A stretch of DNA of 64,000 nt. Origin: Phaeosaccion multiseriatum. Lineage: Eukaryota; Protista; Ochrophyta, other classes. The notes under the pieces were generated by a model. The model was not told the origin of the DNA, searched no databases, and worked only from the letters and a program-made list of their open reading frames with translations. Where the stretch lies: NCBI GenBank assembly GCA_965112735.1, contig OZ218962.1:1860001-1924000 (forward strand). The letters are read 5' to 3'. A program made the translations under genes and the position numbers. The first letter of the stretch is position 1; the number at the start of each line of letters is the position of its first letter. Below are positions 61,958 through 64,000 of this stretch, piece after piece.

Positions 61958-64000
61958 AAAGGTGAGGCTGGAGGGAGGAGTGTGGCTACGGGGTCGGATT
62001 GGTGAATGGGGAGTGGGGAGTGGGGAGAGGGAAGTGCGAGGGGCGAGGTCCAAGGAGGGAGGGAGGGAGGGAGGGAGGAGGGGGGGGGAGGGAGGGAGGG
62101 AGGGTCCAACGGAAGTGAAGTTAGAAAGATGCGTAGAGGTATATGTGCAGGGGTGTGGATTGAGTGCATCGACCATTGCTTTTCGTTTGCCTTTGCCTTT
62201 GCTTTGCTTTGCTTTGCTTTGCTTTGCTTCCGTTCTCCTTCCTCTGTGGGTGGAAGAGAGGGCACACACCGGGGAAGAAGGAGGAGGTCCAGAGGGAGAA
62301 AAGGCGCGGAGGACGACAAGTGTCTGGGTAGGCCGGGGTTTATAACGAAGCACCGCACTGCAATGCGCTGTCTTCCATGCCCTTTGTGTTTTCCTTACCC
62401 CGCAGGCAGACAGGACAGCAGGCTGGAGACCAGACACACCGTCAGGCCTGCGAGGTACAGTGAGTGAGTGTGTGGGGATCTTCGCATTGCGTCGGAATCC
62501 CTTGGGATCCGTGCATGTTGGGATCCCTGCATGCCATTTGTAAGGCCCGCCGAGAGGAAGAGGAGAGCAGCAGCAGTAGCAGTAGCGGCAGCGAGAGGGA
62601 GAGAGGCGTGGGCACTTGGGTTGAAAGCAGATAGGGGATGCTTTTTGTATTTTTGTCTTGCCTGCCAGCAGCCACGGTTGTCTCCTTCCGAGTCCCCCAC
62701 GCCACAGCAGCAGATGATCTTGTCTTGGGCCGCGTGGGCATTGGCTTTGCTGCCCAACTCGCTTAGAAGGAGGGGAGGGGAGGGGAGGGGAGGAGAGGGG
62801 AGGGGAGGCCCCTCGATGGAGAAGACACAGCCACAAGCAGCAGAGATAGGAGGAAGGGAAGGCTTGGAAGCAAAAGGCCCAGCGGTGCGAGAACGTTCCA
62901 AGCGCTGGTTGTCGCGACACCCCCCCCCACCCTGACCGGCTTGTCGATCCGTGTCGATGTGAAGGACCAGCGACGAGAAGGTGCCCAGTGCTCTCTCTCT
63001 CTATCTGCCTTCCGGTGCCATCCATGGACTCTTTCCTGAGGGACGTGGGCGTGTGGAGTGGAGCGCAGTGGAATGGTGTGGTGTGGTATGGAGCGGAGTA
63101 GTGGTTGTACTGCTGCCCTGCTGCACGATACGCCACCCCCTCACCAACCCCCACCAATCGAAGCCAGACCCATGGAGAAGCAGGGAGACGACGGGCATCA
63201 CACATCTCGCTCTCTGTCTGTCTTAGAGGGTGTTCGGTTCGCCGCAGTACCCTCAAAGACAAGAAGAGGCTGGGCAGACAGAGAGGGAGATCGACAAGAC
63301 TGACAGACTCGCCTGGTGCTGGTGCTGGATTGGTTTGGTCAGTCGTTTGACACCTTGTCTGCAGGCGTGCGTCTGTCTGTGCTTGATTAGTTTGATCGGT
63401 CATTGACACTTGTCCGCACGAGGCAGGAGGGAACCTGTGCTGCTGTTCGCTCCTTGGGCTCTGCGATGAGGCGGGGGTGAGAGGCGTGTGAGAGAAGGTA
63501 CCGTAACGAAGCTGGACCGCGTGCCGGGCATCACTGGATGCACTCCTATGGGTGGGAGTGAGACAGAGCACATATCCCCTTGAAAGTGGTGGTGTGTGTG
63601 CATGATTCCCCCCCCGACCAAAGGCCGACGTGAGGCAAGTGTTTTACAAATATGCAACGAAATTATTAATTGAGTGAAATCATTTCAACCCCCAGTGTAC
63701 GACACCGACACGACACCAGGCACGACACCGCGTGGTCTGTTTTTTTTTGTTTTTTTTGCCCGCGCGTGCCGAACCTTCCTCCTTCCTCCCCACGTTCGTT
63801 GGTACTCCCTACCCTTGGGTAAACCAAAGGCGCATGTTGGTGCTACAATCAGCCGTCCATGCCGCCTACGCGCATACGGAAGCGTACGTCTGGTGTGGTG
63901 TCGTGTCACGAACCGAGACGGCGGACGTCGGCCCACCCTCCTCCTCCTCCTCCTCCTCCTCCTCCTCCTGGCTCAGAACATCGGCGCGGAGACGGGCTCA

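Noticed and set aside
61712-63571. 619-aa minus-strand ORF
   Set aside because: No recognisable domain, runs through simple repeats and overlaps the JmjC last exon antisense; probably a chance GC-rich ORF
1-64000. Autonomous transposon or viral insert
   Set aside because: No transposase, reverse transcriptase, integrase or capsid motifs recognised in any frame

Overview
Eukaryotic nuclear DNA, gene-dense and intron-rich, with introns packed with microsatellites. A signal peptide followed by AF (TTTA-FVP) and a ciliary LRRC56-like gene suggest a flagellate photosynthetic stramenopile, possibly a eustigmatophyte (inference). Eleven genes can be assembled by hand: acylamino-acid-releasing enzyme (5'-partial), DET1/AT74-type histidine phosphatase, cullin-3, LRRC56-like protein, PPR-SMR protein, phosphoserine phosphatase, TFIIF alpha, PH-AGC kinase, F-box/SMI1/ApaG protein, a plastid-targeted membrane protein and a membrane-anchored JmjC oxygenase. 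Most listed ORFs are translations of simple repeats. The main unexplained signal is a set of dispersed short DNA words. TGTATCACCAAC has 21 exact copies on both strands, in introns, UTRs and exons; it is read in 3 different frames, forms 3 splice acceptors and makes inverted pairs. GATGGCAGTGGA has 20 exact copies. GATGGCAGTGGA and GCCCATATGCC-like words are polarised within introns (G-form near the donor, complementary C-form near the acceptor). All counts and splice models are manual.
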